NCBI RefSeq assembly: GCF_001194135.2
Contig: NC_068985.1
Span: forward strand, 26,228,550 to 26,292,549
Length of the DNA: 64,000 bases
Direction: 5' to 3'
Source: Octopus bimaculoides
Lineage: Eukaryota
Shown: piece after piece, positions 27,816 through 41,480 of the stretch
How positions within the stretch are numbered: the first letter of the stretch is position 1
Layout: each line of letters starts with the position of its first letter
Notes under the pieces: generated by a model
The model's input: only the letters and a program-made list of their open reading frames with translations
Told to the model about the DNA's origin: nothing
The model's database searches: none
Program-made: the position numbers and the translations under genes

Positions 27816-28568
27816 ATGTCTTCTAGTAAACAAAAACGTAATTTTCGCAAACGGCGATGTTCATCGTCATCCGAAAGTGCTGATGAAGATGCTGAATCTG
27901 GGAATACGGATCAAATTAAGTAAGCCTATTAAGTATCTTATATTTTACTTAGGGATGTAATTATTCGAAAGCTTACAAGAAGTTATAAACACCAAATAAT
28001 TCTCGTGTGTATATATTCGTCTCCCTATGGCATTTATACATTTATGCGAATTATTATCTAGCAAAATGTAAATTAACCTGTCCGTGGAGGTTGTTATTTA
28101 ATTGCAGAGTACATGTACATGTATTCTTGATACTTTAACGAAATGTTTTTAGTTCTAAGCTTGCAGATTGAACATATCTATAATCAAAGGCATATTCAAC
28201 TTTGGGCATCTCATTCTTTTTGCGCTACTATGTATTTAAAAATGCATTATATAGTTTGAGAATCGTTGGCTGCTATTTCAAACAGGTCGAGCGATCACAA
28301 AGATGCTCCCAGATGAGGTTTCCGTAAATGTGACTGATCACTAGGAATGCTGTCAACTGTTTAGGAATGGAGAAAGATAGGGCTTGGTGGGACAAACACA
28401 GGCACACACACAAATATATACATATATTTGGGCACTGTCATGGTATTAGCTGTCAGAATTGAAAGTAGAACTGACAAGGAACGTTACTGCTGGTTTGAGT
28501 TGATTCTTTGGCTACTGACTAGCCGGAGCTATCTATCTGTCTGTTTGTCTATCTCACTATCTCTCTAT

Positions 28569-28602
<34 letters not shown>

Positions 28603-31600
28603 CACTCGTTCACCTCTGTTTGTGTCCGTAGAATTTATCAAATTAGAAAACGCAAATTTAATATATATTTTCTGAAATTGCAAATTATTTAAAATATAAA
28701 AATATAATTTTCAACAGAGAATTTATCAAAATAGAAAACAAATGAAGTTTGAAGTTTAAAAATAATAGGATCGACCACTCACGACTAGCTAGCGCGGACG
28801 CGCGACTGCGCGTTCGGGACCACTCTGCTTTAGTAGTACCCTTATACTCTGTGTGATTTCAAACGCATGGATATAGGTGTCAAATTTGTTCCAATAACTT
28901 TCGAGTGATAGATAGATAGATAGAGAGAGACAGACAGATAGCTCGCTCCGGCCAGTCATGGTATTAGCTGTCAGTAGCCAAAGAATCAACTCAAACCAGC
29001 AGTAACGTTCCTTGTCAGATTTTTCTACTTTCACTTCTGACAGCTAATACCATGACAGTGCCTCGTAATACATAGGTATTTGCGGCCGGTCCCTGTTTTT
29101 GAGAATAGTTCTCCCTCTCACTCCATCAGTCCTGAAATTATGCATACTAATCTTTCCCCTAACTAAGCAATAATAATAATAATAATCCTTTTTACTACAG
29201 GCACAAGGCCTGAAATTTGTGGGGAGGGGACTAGTCGATTATATCGACCCCAGTGTTTCACTGGTACTTAATTTATTGACCCCCAAAAGGATGAAAGGCA
29301 ATGTCGACCTCAGCAGAATTTGAACTCATAACGTAAGGATGGATAAAATGTCACTAAGCATCTTATTTTAGTTTCTTGTTGCAATCTTTCATTAAATATT
29401 ATGCTAATATAATTTGATATTAGAAATAGTGTGAAGGTACGTGGCTTAGTGGTTAAAGCAATCGGTTCACAATCATAAGGTCGTGTATTCGATTCCTGGT
29501 GGCATGCTATGTCCTTGAGCAGGACACTTTATTTCATATTGCTCCAGTCCACTCTGCTGACAAAAATAAGTAGTACCTGTATTTCAAAGGGCCAACCACG
29601 TCACATTCTGTATCACCCTGAAAATTATGTTAAGGGTATGCATGACTGTGGAGTGCTCAGCCACTTGCATGTTAATTTCACATGTAGTATCAACTGGAAT
29701 CCTCATCGTCGTAACATGGAGTGCCAGTTTTAGAAATATTAGGTTGTCCGGAAAGTTGTGAGCATTTTTAAGCTAAATCTTTTAATGATTCATTGAACAC
29801 ACCTGGAATGTAACACTTTGGCGTTGCTTGAAGTGGTGGTGCATCTCTTCTTTGTTCCTCACTAAAAATAGATTCATCTTTCGTTTTGGTTACCCGTTAT
29901 TGACATTTAAAATAGATACCCCAAAATTTCATATTTGTGTTGTAATGCTTATCTTTTTTAAAAAAGGAGTAAATGCTGCAAAGATTTCCTGCCAATGAGA
30001 AACATATTATCAATGTCCTTATTCTCTCTCTCTCTCTCTCTCAAAAAAAAAAAGAAAAGAAAAAAGACAACAAAATCCCATTATATTAACTGTAATGACA
30101 TAACCTCAACTTTATAGTAAAAGCAGCAAAATCTCTCTCAAATCAAACCCTACTGTTTTAAAAAATGAAATTACCCATTTTATAATGCAGTCCTAGATAC
30201 ACTGTCTGAATAAAGAGTGGATGGGTAAGGACCAGAATGCCTTTGATCATAGGTTTGCTTGATCAGGTTTATTTGGGGCTAAACAGCAACAACCATTAAG
30301 ACAAATACTTTCATCCAGAAGGTGAGTCTGAGTAGGACTTGACGTATTGATGTTGCGACTGACATTATTACTTCAAGTAAAACATAAAGTACCATCATCA
30401 TCATCATCGTTTAACGTCCGCTTTCCATGCTAGCATGGCTTGGACGATTTGACTGAGGACTGGTGAAACCAGATGGCTACACCAGGCTCCAATCTGATTT
30501 GGCAGAGTTTCTACAGCTGGATGCCCTTCCTAACGCCAACCACTCCAAGAGTGTAGTGGGTGCTTTTATGTGCCACCGGCACGAAGGCCAGTCAGGCAGT
30601 ACTGGCAAGAGCCACGCTCAAAATAGTGTATTTTACGTGCCACCTGCACAGGAGCCAGTCCAGCGGCACTGGCAACGATCTCGCTCGAATGTCCTTACAT
30701 GTGCCAGGGCACAGGTGCCATCACGATTTCACTTTCGCTTGCCTCAACAGGTCTTCTCAAGCTGAGTTTCTGTGTAGGACCATTAAAACAAATATTTTCA
30801 TCCAGAGGGTGAGTCTGAGTAGGGCTTGACATATTGATGCTGCAACTGACATTGTTACTCCAAGTAAAACATAAAGCACCAATAGGAAAATATTAAATAA
30901 TCGGATAAAAATTTAAAACTAAGAAAATACAAAAATACCAACTGAAAATATAATTCTTTTAGCTTTTGACATGCATATCAACATATACACACAAACACTA
31001 TGTAATTATATTTTTTAAATGTTTTCTGTGGTATTCACTTAGAAATGTTACATGGATTTTATTGCAGAAGCAGTATGATTGATATAAAATTGCTTCAGAA
31101 ATTGAGAGAAAAACCAAGAGGAGTTAATGCAGCCAGTTTAGCCTTTGGTAAAAGTACAAAAAAGGATGAAATTGAAGCTGTATGTGTAACTGTTTACTTA
31201 TTTATTCTTTTAAATATTCTTAATAATTTCTTTTATTTTTATTTTTTTTTTCATCTTCCCATCATTGGTTAAATATCTATGAATAAACATTTTCTGGTTT
31301 GAATATTTGAGAAGGAGGCCATTGTCATGGTGTTAGCTTTTTCCACGCTAACGTGGATTAGATGAGAATCGCTGAGGCAGAATTCTATGTTTGGATGTCT
31401 TTCCTTTTGCCAATCCTTATTCATTTCTAAGTAAGGATTGGTAACAAACTATTGAATGGTTAGACATGCTCTTATTATAGACACCAACAATGATTAGCCT
31501 TGCCCTATTAGTAATGACATTGTCTCTGTTAAATGTTCAATGTCAAGATACAGATGGCAACACACACGTACACACACACACACATGTATGTACATACATA

Positions 31601-34600
31601 CATACCTACCTACATACATTCATATGTACTTATATATGACAACACTCTGTATAGTTTCTACCTACCAATTTCTCTCATATTGGTCAACCTGAGACTATAG
31701 AACACAGTTTCTCACAGTGTCGTGTAGTGGTACTGAACTCAAAGCTATGTGCTTTCAAAGCAAATTCTTAACCATACAACCATTAGAAATCTGAAAACAA
31801 AGTCAAATAGGTATGTAAGTCAAATGATATTTTTGTTATCAGTTTCATTGAGTTGGTATTTAATTTATATGTATATTTACACATAGCATAACATATTTAT
31901 GGAATTTGTTCATTGAAAATGTTTGATAATTTGTAAAGGTCTTTAAGAAATTGATCACCATTTTCCATGCATTTCCAGAGTGACCCGTTCAAAATGAAAA
32001 CTGGTGGAATTGTTGATATGAAAGCTTTAAAGAACAGTGTGTAAGCACAATCTCATTTTATGTCAATCTGTATTTAGAAATGCTTATAATTGATTAATTT
32101 TTGTTTACTTGTTCATATTGGTTTCATTGGTTATATTAGAGAAAAAAATGAATTATATATTTTGAGCAATAGAGTAATGATGAGTTAGTACTTTTTAACT
32201 ATTTTATTGATTTTATCAAAATAGTGTTTATTCCAATAATGATTTAATTATTATTGCTTTACCAGAGCAAACTACAAACTAAAATAATTTAATAACTAAT
32301 ATGGTAATATATGAGTGATTATTTATACATTTCATCTTCAGATCACTGCAAGGAGGTGATATAGAATCAATAGGAACAGCTTTTGCTGCTGAGACAAACA
32401 TTCGAGACGAAGATGCAGAAATGTAAGCATTATTTTAATGTTTTTTTGTGTGTGTGCATGTGTGTTAGTCAGAAGAAGAATGGCAGTGCCAGTGGTCTTT
32501 AAGACCTACCACACTTCTAAGGTCAGTGTAGTTGACACTTAATTTGAACATCTATAGGCAGATGTTTGCTGGATCAAGCTAAATATTGCAAGGCTTTCAA
32601 TCTTGTATTTACTGTTTCTATCTTGATTACATTTTTGTCCAAAATAATGCATTTGACGTCTGAAAAGAGCTGAAATATTTTGTCTTCTCCTTTTTTAACT
32701 AAAACAGGCAAAGGGTAAAGACCCCCATTGGTCATGAATGACCATGGAATTGCACCTACAAAGTTCCTCTCTGAGGCACAAGTCCAGGCAAGGTTGTTTA
32801 TGGAAGACCAGCAGTCGTCCATGCATAACAGCCTCCCCTCTCCATGCCACCAGTGTTATCCAAGGGAAAGGCAAAGACTGATACAACTTGGCATCAGTGT
32901 CATTGCAACTCATTTCTACAGCTGAGTGAACTGAAGCAATGTGAAATAAAATGTCTTGCTCAAGAACACAACACAAAGTTCAGTCTGGGAATTGGACTCA
33001 CTGCCTCATGGTTGTGAGCCCAACACTCTAACCACTGAGTCATGCGCCTTTTTTTTAACTACTAAATATATATATATATATATATATGTATATGTATATG
33101 AAGTAAACATAAATGGCATTTAAAATTTATGACAGCTGTTTTGGTAGAACTTTGTGTATTTAATGCAGTCATAAAAGATTACATCATAATATGCCAGTAC
33201 CATGTGATTAGCCCTTGTGCCGGTGGCACATAAAAGCATCCACTACACTCTCAGAGTGGTTGGCATTAGGAAGGGCATCCAACTGTAGAAACTCTGCCAG
33301 ATCAGATTGGAACCTGGTGCAGCCTTCTGGCTTGCCAGTCCTCAGTCAAATCGTCCAACCCATGCTAGCATGGAAAGCGGACGTTAAACGATGATGATGA
33401 TGACAATGATATAATAATCCACCATCATCAGGTTAAATTTTAAACAGGTGAGATGTATGTATGTATGAATGTATGTATGTACGTATGTACCTTCACTTGC
33501 ACTCAGATATTTCAAAAATGGATATGAAATGTTTTAACCCTTTTTTTTATTAACCTGCCCAAGACTGCCCCTTGTTTCATGATACAAGCTTCCTGTTTTA
33601 AAGTGATCTAAATTAAAACCTTCAATCAAAATTCCATGTTAATTTATGTTCCAAACCCTGGTTTAATAATAATTGGGTTATTTTATGAATTCTTCATCAT
33701 TTTCAAAATTAGTCGAAATGAAGAAATATAGTAAGAAAAGGATTAACAATTTCTTTTGCTTGTGTCACTTGAAAACTGTAATGCAGTAATATTATAGGGT
33801 TTAAAGAAAATGAAATATTTTTTTTAGCTACTTTTGTACCTTCTTTTCTTTTTCCATTTTTTGATAGGTTAAAATATGTAGAGGAAGAATTGGCCAAGAA
33901 GAAAGGGCATGTTACAGAGAAAAGCCAAGAGAAGTAATTTTTTTTTTTCATTTGTTCCAGTCATTAGACTGTGACCATGCTGGGGCACCAACTTGATAAC
34001 AATACAAAATTATAAAATAGTTTTACTTTTCAAAATGAAACAAAACCAATAGTAAGATGGAAAATGTTTGGCCTGGTGCAGCCTCCTGGCTTTGCAGACT
34101 CCAGTCGAACCATCCAACCCATGCCAGCATGGAAAACGGATGTTAAACAATAATGATGATGATGATGACGACAGCTGCCGCTGCCGATGACTTCCATTTT
34201 ATTTGTTTTTGAAAAGTTTTGTCCCACTTTCTTTTTATTTGTTAAGGCTTTGATCAGATCCTTACTATGACACCATAAACATTTCGAAATTATATTTCCG
34301 GTCATATAAACCACTTTGAATATTTTTTTAGCAAGTTTAAAGTGATTTCTTTTGTACCGTAAACCATTTACCATTTCTGTGGAGTCCCCCTTCCCTTGAT
34401 GCTCTAAGCATGTGCTTATTTTGCTTAATGGTTAATCCAGCACTGGTGGAGAAGCAAACTTCTTGCCACACAGCCCCATCTGCTCCTGTTGTTCTAAATA
34501 TGAAAATATTTGAAAAGTTGTTTGTTGCTTATCATTCTAATTATAATATATGTAATAAAAATTTCATGAACTACATCAAGTAAGCTAGAGATTGACTTCC

Positions 34601-37600
34601 AACACAAGGTCTTGTCCTTTTTGTGGTGTTGACATCACTGAGAGCTATACCAGAAGAGTGCAATCTCCTAGAAGGGCTCCTCCTGTGTTGGACAGGTCAA
34701 ATAACAGAGGCCAGACTAATATGAACCCCCTCTTCCCATAGGTCAAAATGGGTTTGTGTAGGGCCAACACCTCTACTTTAGAGAAAACAAAGTTACAGAA
34801 GCATCAATGGCAATTCAAAACCAACATAATCAGAGAGAGGAAGGCTTTCCCTCAAGAACATCAAGACAATGTATAAAATGGGAAGAACTCAATAATGGCC
34901 TAGACACCATTTTGAGCAAAGGGCTAAAGTCAGTAGATATGTATCTAAGCTTATTTTAAGAATTGTGATAATTTTAGAATTATTTATCACAATTTATTTT
35001 AGTGGTTTATAAATTTCTAGTTGTCATTTTACTTTCAATTTAATCTTTAATTTTTTTTTCAACAGACAAGCTCATGCAGAAGATGCACTTTACCAACTTC
35101 CTGAAAACCTAAAAGTTGAATCATCTACAAAGAAAAGTGAAGACATGTTGTCAAATCAGATGCTGTCTGGGATTCCAGAAATTGACCTTGGAATTGAGTA
35201 TGTGGCAAATTTAAATTCTTTATATATAAATATATATATTGTAATGAAAATTTAACTGCCTTCCTTGAAATACCTATCAAGTTATTCTTTGTAATCATGA
35301 GTCTAGTATATTTATCATGAATTTCTGAGATCCTTTTTTTCTTTCTTTCTTTCTTTCTTTTACTTGTTTTAGTCATTTGACTGCGGCCATGCTGGAGCAC
35401 CGCCTTCAGTCGAGCAAATCGATCCCAGAACTTATTCTTTGGAAGCCTAGTACTTATTTTATCAGTCTCTTGTGCCGAACCACTAACTTATGGGGACGTA
35501 AACACATCACCATCGGTTGTCAAGCGATGTTGTGGGGACAAGCACAGACACACAAACATATACACACACATACATATATACGACTGGCTTCTTTCAGTTT
35601 CTGTCTACCAAATCCACTCACAAGGCTTTGGTCAGCCCGAGGCTATAGTAGAAGACACTTGCCCAAGGTGCCACGCAGTGGGAACGAACCCGGAACCATG
35701 TGGTTGGGAAGCAAGCTACTTACCACACACCTACTCCTGTGCTCATTTTATGCATGTTTTTCTTTCCATTGCAACATAGGTTAAATGAAAGCATATTATC
35801 AAGGCATTGTTTTTACCTGGATGGCCTTTCTGTCACTATTTCTTTCCTGGTTTTTAGTAAGAGATTTTTTGTTCCACTCATCTTCAAAAGAACAGAACCA
35901 CTGGACAATTTGTTGACCTGGAAATATCAACAGATGACACCAACCCTCAGCTCAGTGCAGAATGTAAACATTCACACTGACTCAGACATGCACATACCCT
36001 CATACCTGACCTGGCTCTTGGGTGCCTTTAATAGGGTCCATTCTGTAGCTAGCGTTCATGCTGTGTTTCTAGTTTAGAGATAACTTTTCTTCTTCTTGCC
36101 AATCTTAGGGGCTCTGAAAAAAAGGACATTGGTGCTTCTTGACTAAGTGAAGGTACATGGCCCAGTTGTTTACATGTCGTACTCACGATTTCAAGATCAT
36201 GGTTTCAATTCCTGTACTGGGTGGTGCATTGTGTTCTTGAGCAAAACACTTCATTTCACATTGCTCCAGTCCACTCAGCTGTAAAGGATAACCATGTGAT
36301 GGACTAGCATCCTGTTCTGGAGAAATTTTGTGCCTTGAGTCACTTGTATGCCATGGAAACTGTGGCCCTTGTTAGTCCTCAGACTCAAGACAGTACTTCT
36401 TTATTAAATAAAAAGAAAGAAAGACACTGTAAATCAAATCCTTAGATTACAAAATCAGTTCTATTACTGCGCCTTTTAAATATAACTATCTCTTTTGTTA
36501 ATATTTCACTTGCATAAAGCAGCGAGCTGGCAGAATTGTTAGCATGCCGAGCAAAATGCTTAACAGCATTTAATCCATTTTCATGTTTTGAGTTCAAATC
36601 CTACTGATGTTGACTTTACCTTGCATCCTTTCGGGGTCAATAAAATAAGTACCATCTGAGCAATGGGGTCAATGTAATTAACTTACTCCCTCCCTCAAAC
36701 TTGCTGGTGTGATGCCAAAATTTGAAACCAGTATTTCACTTGTATTATTTTTTACAGTGCTAAAATTAGAAACATTGAACATACAGAAGATGCCAAACAG
36801 AAGCTTGTTCAAGAAATGATGAAGAAGAAAGACAGTGAAGTCTCTGAATTTGTTCCTACAAATATGGCTGTGAATTTTGTACAACACAATCGCTGTAAAT
36901 ATCTAAAGTTACTTCTTTGTTTATCTTTTTCCTCTTACATTCTCATTTCAGCATGACTAAAGTATGAGTGACTGCCTTAATTAATTTGCTCTGTACTTGT
37001 TTTTTTGTTTTTTATCAGTAACTATATATTTTTCAAAAATCTCCTCTATGTTGAGCTTTTTAAAACCTGTATCTATTCAGGTTTCCTTGCTTAACAGTAA
37101 TAGAATGTTTATGTATGTCTTCATCGTTTTAATGTCCACTTTTTATCAAATGGAGTTCAGTGAGGTAGATTTTTGATGGCCAGATGTCCTTCCTGTCACC
37201 CACCATCACCTATTTCCAAGCAAGGTAATATTTCGCCATGGCCAGACACGTTTTCACAGAAAATTTGGAAATGAATGAATATCACAGCGACATTCATTTA
37301 CTACTGTCACACAGTGTCAAGACACAAACACACACTCACACATGCACAATGATCTTCTTTCAGTTCCCATCTATCAAATACACTGGCAAGGCTTTGGTTG
37401 GCCCTGAGCTATAATATAAGGTGCCATGCCATGAGATTGAACCTGAAACCATTTAGGTGGCAAGCAATCTTAATAATACTGGTATGTCTGCACCTGCATG
37501 ATGTCATATGAATATTTTTTTTAAGCAGGCAAAAGACCCTGGAATGTGACAATTGGTCTTTTACCAAAATTATTAGCAGCAATGAATGAAGAATTATTAA

Positions 37601-39662
37601 TTTCCGTTTATTTTATGCACAAACATTTGTTATTTTATGGAAATTGCTTAAAGTATTGGTAATATTATATAAACACTGAAATGTTTAAAACCATATTTTG
37701 TCATTCTCTGCTTTTTTTCCTGTTTCTATTTATAGTTACAATTGAAGAAAGTGGACCTCGATTAAAAGACAAGCATTTGCTTCTGAAACCAAAGCTTCTC
37801 AGAGTGGGAGATGCTGAGAAAATTGGTGAAATGGATAAAAAATGTGAGTTGTAATTCATTTATTTTATCATACAATGATATCTGTGTAAGAGCTAAATAA
37901 AATTTTAATAAAACTGGTTAGATGGGTCATAGCATTATGAAGCTAGTTAAATAATAAAGTATGTGGGAATGGCAAATATTGATATTTTGGTAGATAATTT
38001 ATGTGTGAGATAACATTGATAAAATGGATACCTACATTAGTAAATTTCTATAATTATTTATATTTATATATCTATTTTATATTCATGGAACAATTTAAGC
38101 TCAGCTCTGTGAGCTAATGAAACCCTCATTTACAGAGGTTCTGTTGACTCCAACAATGGATTATATCTCACTGTGGTGTCTATTTTACAGTTAACTCAAC
38201 TGAGCCATTGGGAATGTTTTTTTGTTTTTTTTAATCAAATTTTTGCAAGTAAAACACTGCAGGACCAATTACTGTATATGAACAAATGATTTTTATGACT
38301 GTTGGTTAGAAAGCATTTGTGACAGCTGAGAAAAAAAGAAAACAAAAATAGGTTGGGGAAGATAGAGAAAGAAGATATAGATAACATTAGCAGTTGGCTT
38401 CAGAAAAAACCAGCTCAACAACATGCAAAGTTGTGTATAGAACAAGATGGCATGAAAGCTCATGATTATCAATGCCAATAAGCATGGCACATAAAGAGAG
38501 AATCTTGTGTACTTTCTACCAAAAATGAACTGATCCTATTTTTCATATGAATAAAATATAGTTTCTGTTTATGTGGTGGAGGAGTGAGAATCTGTACAAA
38601 CATTGAACAAAAGAAAGAAAAAATAGGGAGGAAAGGGAAGATTTGAAGTCCTCTTTGTAAATTTAAGCTCTGTTTTATTGACTAATAATAATCTTGTGGC
38701 CATCATGCCAGTGGCACGTAAAAGAACCCACTACACTCTCGGAGTGGTTGGCGTTAGGAAGGGCATCCAGTTGTAGAAACTCTGCCAAATCAGATTGGAG
38801 CCTGGTGTAGCCTTCGGGTTCCACCAGTCCTCAGTCAAATCGTCCAACCCATGCTAGCATGGAAAGCGGACGTTAAACGATGATGATGATGAATCAGGAA
38901 CAAACTTCCAGTTGAAGGTATTCACCTGGTTCTTCATGTCTGTTATTTTCTTCTATCACTTAGTGTGAAAATATAACTTTTCACTTTTCTAAGTGTGAAG
39001 CGTTGCAATTTTAAAAGATAAATTGAATATGGTTAGCTTTTCTCTAAGCAGTGTATCTATCACACAACTCTCCAGCAAATTGAATACAAACACCTGCAAA
39101 GGATCTGTGTGTGTGGTTGCTCAGCCTGCTAAGTATAACAGCTAAATCTTAAAAGAGGATACACAAGAGAATATAGTTTTTGACACATTATGTCTGACAA
39201 AAAAAGATGGAATGATTATGGCTGGAATACCTTTGATTATAGGCCTGTCTGATTAGAGATGGCTAAGGGCTCTGATCAAACATATATCAATATAATTTTT
39301 ATGTCCACTTTTCCATGCTTGCATGGGTTAGAGTTTATTGAAGCAGATTTTCTACGTCTGGATGCCCATCCTGTAACCAACACTCAGTTGTTTCCATGCA
39401 AGATATTTGCCTATGATCAGACATGATTATGCAGAATATTGGAAATGACTGACACTGCTTGTATGACAATGACACAACTATCAAACAATGTCAGATACAA
39501 ATAGCATAAATGATTGTCTGAAATCTTATTGAAGCTAATTTTATTGTAAACATTTCTCTTGTATTCTATTTTACAGCTAGAAGAGTTACAGTTGAACCTG
39601 AGGAAAAGGCAACCGATGACTTCCATTATGAAAGATTTAAGAAACAAATGAGACGTTATTAA
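27816..39662 (+). CDS. C9orf78: C9orf78 / telomere length and silencing protein 1 homolog (spliceosome-associated), complete, 295 aa
   Basis: Exons 27816-27919, 31068-31179, 31979-32040, 32342-32422, 33868-33933, 35066-35197, 36758-36894, 37736-37843, 39577-39662 total 888 nt in frame. Motifs DPFKMKTGGIVDMK, FAAETNIRDEDAEM, MLSNQMLSGIPEIDLGIDAKI, FVPTNMAVNFVQHNR and EKATDDFHYERFKKQMRRY match recalled human C9orf78. Confidence 0.96.
28431..29062. mobile_element. Foldback / long-TIR non-autonomous DNA element in C9orf78 intron 1
   Basis: Arms of about 160-180 bp (28431-28608 and 28903-29062) starting GGCACTGTCATGGTATTAGCTGTCAG and including a CTAT/CT microsatellite; no TSD recognised. Confidence 0.85.
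29739..29998. mobile_element. Possible mariner-derived MITE
   Basis: Left end TA|TTAGGTTGTCCGGAAAGTTGTGAGCATTT resembles the TIR of the 23816-25089 mariner; right end only weakly complementary. Confidence 0.4.
30394..30762 (-). mobile_element. SINE family A, long form
   Basis: (CAT)n tail, core and extended repeated region; close match to 59338-59760. Confidence 0.88.
32715..33048 (-). mobile_element. tRNA-derived SINE family E
   Basis: Reverse tRNA-like head (GAAGGCGCATGACTCAGTGGTTAGAG) and TTGAGCAAGACA...CACTCAGCTGTA core seen also near 36150 and 44400. Confidence 0.75.
33215..33402 (+). mobile_element. SINE family A copy (young)
   Basis: Near-consensus with (GAT)n tail. Confidence 0.9.
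35362..35737 (-). mobile_element. SINE family C, full length
   Basis: Complete reverse copy with internal CA/TA microsatellite, CpGs retained. Confidence 0.9.
36515..36735 (+). mobile_element. SINE family B copy
   Basis: GAGCTGGCAGAATTGTTAGC head and family core; ends just before the C9orf78 exon 7 acceptor. Confidence 0.82.
38704..38891 (+). mobile_element. SINE family A copy (young)
   Basis: Near-consensus. Confidence 0.9.
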
Positions 39663-40179
39663 GCAAACATAAAACATTTGAAAACTTTTCTTTCTGTATG
39701 TTTGATGGCCTAACATCATTCACAACTCATGTGACTGAGATGTTCATCTACATTCGTTGTAAACTTTTGATAATTTCTGTAGATAAATATTCATCTAAAT
39801 TTACAACTTATTAAATATGTTAATTTACTCATGAAATATGTCTTATATAATTGATATCCTTTCTTACACAGTTCCAGTACAGTAAATTTGTAAACAGAGT
39901 ATTTTATTCTTTAACTTAAAACTTAGCTGTTTTAAGCAGAAGTAAAACAACAAATATTAACTAGCATAACTTTTTTTCTCTCTCAAGGTTCTAGGTTTAT
40001 GAGAAAAATAGTGTTTTATCCAATAATAAAATACAAAGCAATGTTTCTAGTAGACTTTAAACTTAATATTGAAGTGTTAAGAATAAGAGCAATATTTTGC
40101 TTATTCAATTTCTTCATTAGTATTTAATAAAACAAACAAAAAAATGTCAATTCTTGAAGCATTTAATATTCCAGACACA

Positions 40180-41480
40180 ACAGAAGGCTCCAAAATAGGC
40201 AGAGTGTGACATGGTGGTAGAGATCCGTAAAAGACAAGATAGGAAAGAAGGGGAGGGGTGCAGTGAACAATATCAGGTACCTAAATAACACATAACAAAT
40301 AAGGAGAGAAGCTGAAAGTAAGAAGTCTGTGAAGGTTCTATGTTGTGAAGTTTGAATGTTTGGAATTGTAAAACAATGGCAATGTAAATCAGAAGGGAGC
40401 TTGTGAAAAGTGTATACATAATTATAGTACTGCATTAGCTCTTATTGACTCCGAGAAGAAAGAGGCATAGAAATGCTATACGAGCAGTTGCTGAATGAAG
40501 AGAATACATAGAACAGAGTGAGGATTAACCCAAACAGACCCAGCAGAGAGATTAGCTATAAAATCAAAAGGACAATCAAGGATATGAAGGGAAGGTGAAA
40601 AGCAGAACCATCAGGTATAGTTGTCAAGATGTTGAAAATGTCTGGCAAAGCAGGATACTCACATAGTCAACTGAGTAGTACAGGGAGATGTCATCCCCAA
40701 TAACTGGCACAGTGGTATCATTGTCAACTCTTACAAGGGCAAAGGAGATATCCTAGAAAGAATTGTCTATGAAAATAGCAGAGAGACTCATAGCACAATT
40801 TATTGAGAAGAATTAGCTTAAATGTGATGCAGTTCAGGTTTGTACCAGTACAGCAAACTACCGATACCTTTTTCTGTGAGATACAACTACAATTTGGTGG
40901 CCACTAAGAAAACAGGATGCAAAAAAATGGCATATGAGAGTTGCGAAAAACCATGTACAGGGTTGCTGTCAACAGAAGGAGAGCAGCCAACAAGTTCAGT
41001 AATGAAATTAGCATAAAGGCAGATGTCCATCAATGCTTGGCTTGTAGTCTGCTTGTTTATTATAATCCACCAGATTACAAATGAGAAGTTCAAGACAGGC
41101 ATCCCATTGGAATTGTTGTATGCTAGTTTTTAATATCTGAATCAGTTGAAGAATTAGAGGAAAAATTCTGAATGTGGAGGCTGTGCCTAGAATCAAGAGA
41201 CTTAAGAGTAAACATATTCAGGACAAAAGCTTTAGTTAGGTGAGAAAACAGAACTCTACCACCGTCTGGAAAGAAGCCAAGCATAATATGCAGAAAAGGA
41301 GTAGGTAGGAACTCTATATCAAATATCCAATGTCAACTATGGACACAAAAGATGCAGTGAGGTCACAGACGTGCTGAAAGAGGAAGATTTCATATATAGC
41401 AGTTGCACAAGAGTAAGCAGTAAGAGCACATTAAAAATGCATGCTTTCAAATGCCCAGAAAGGTCAGCATTAGTAGTTGA
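40180..41480 (-). mobile_element. Probable highly decayed LINE fragment between the convergent C9orf78 and Hikeshi 3' ends
   Basis: Purine-rich + strand composition like 17050-18960; only faint RT-like remnants. Confidence 0.35.

Noticed and set aside
35377-35784. 135-aa ORF (likewise 50085-50507, 23385-23690, 30463-30765)
   Set aside because: Read through SINE bodies; the same pseudo-peptides recur in each copy.
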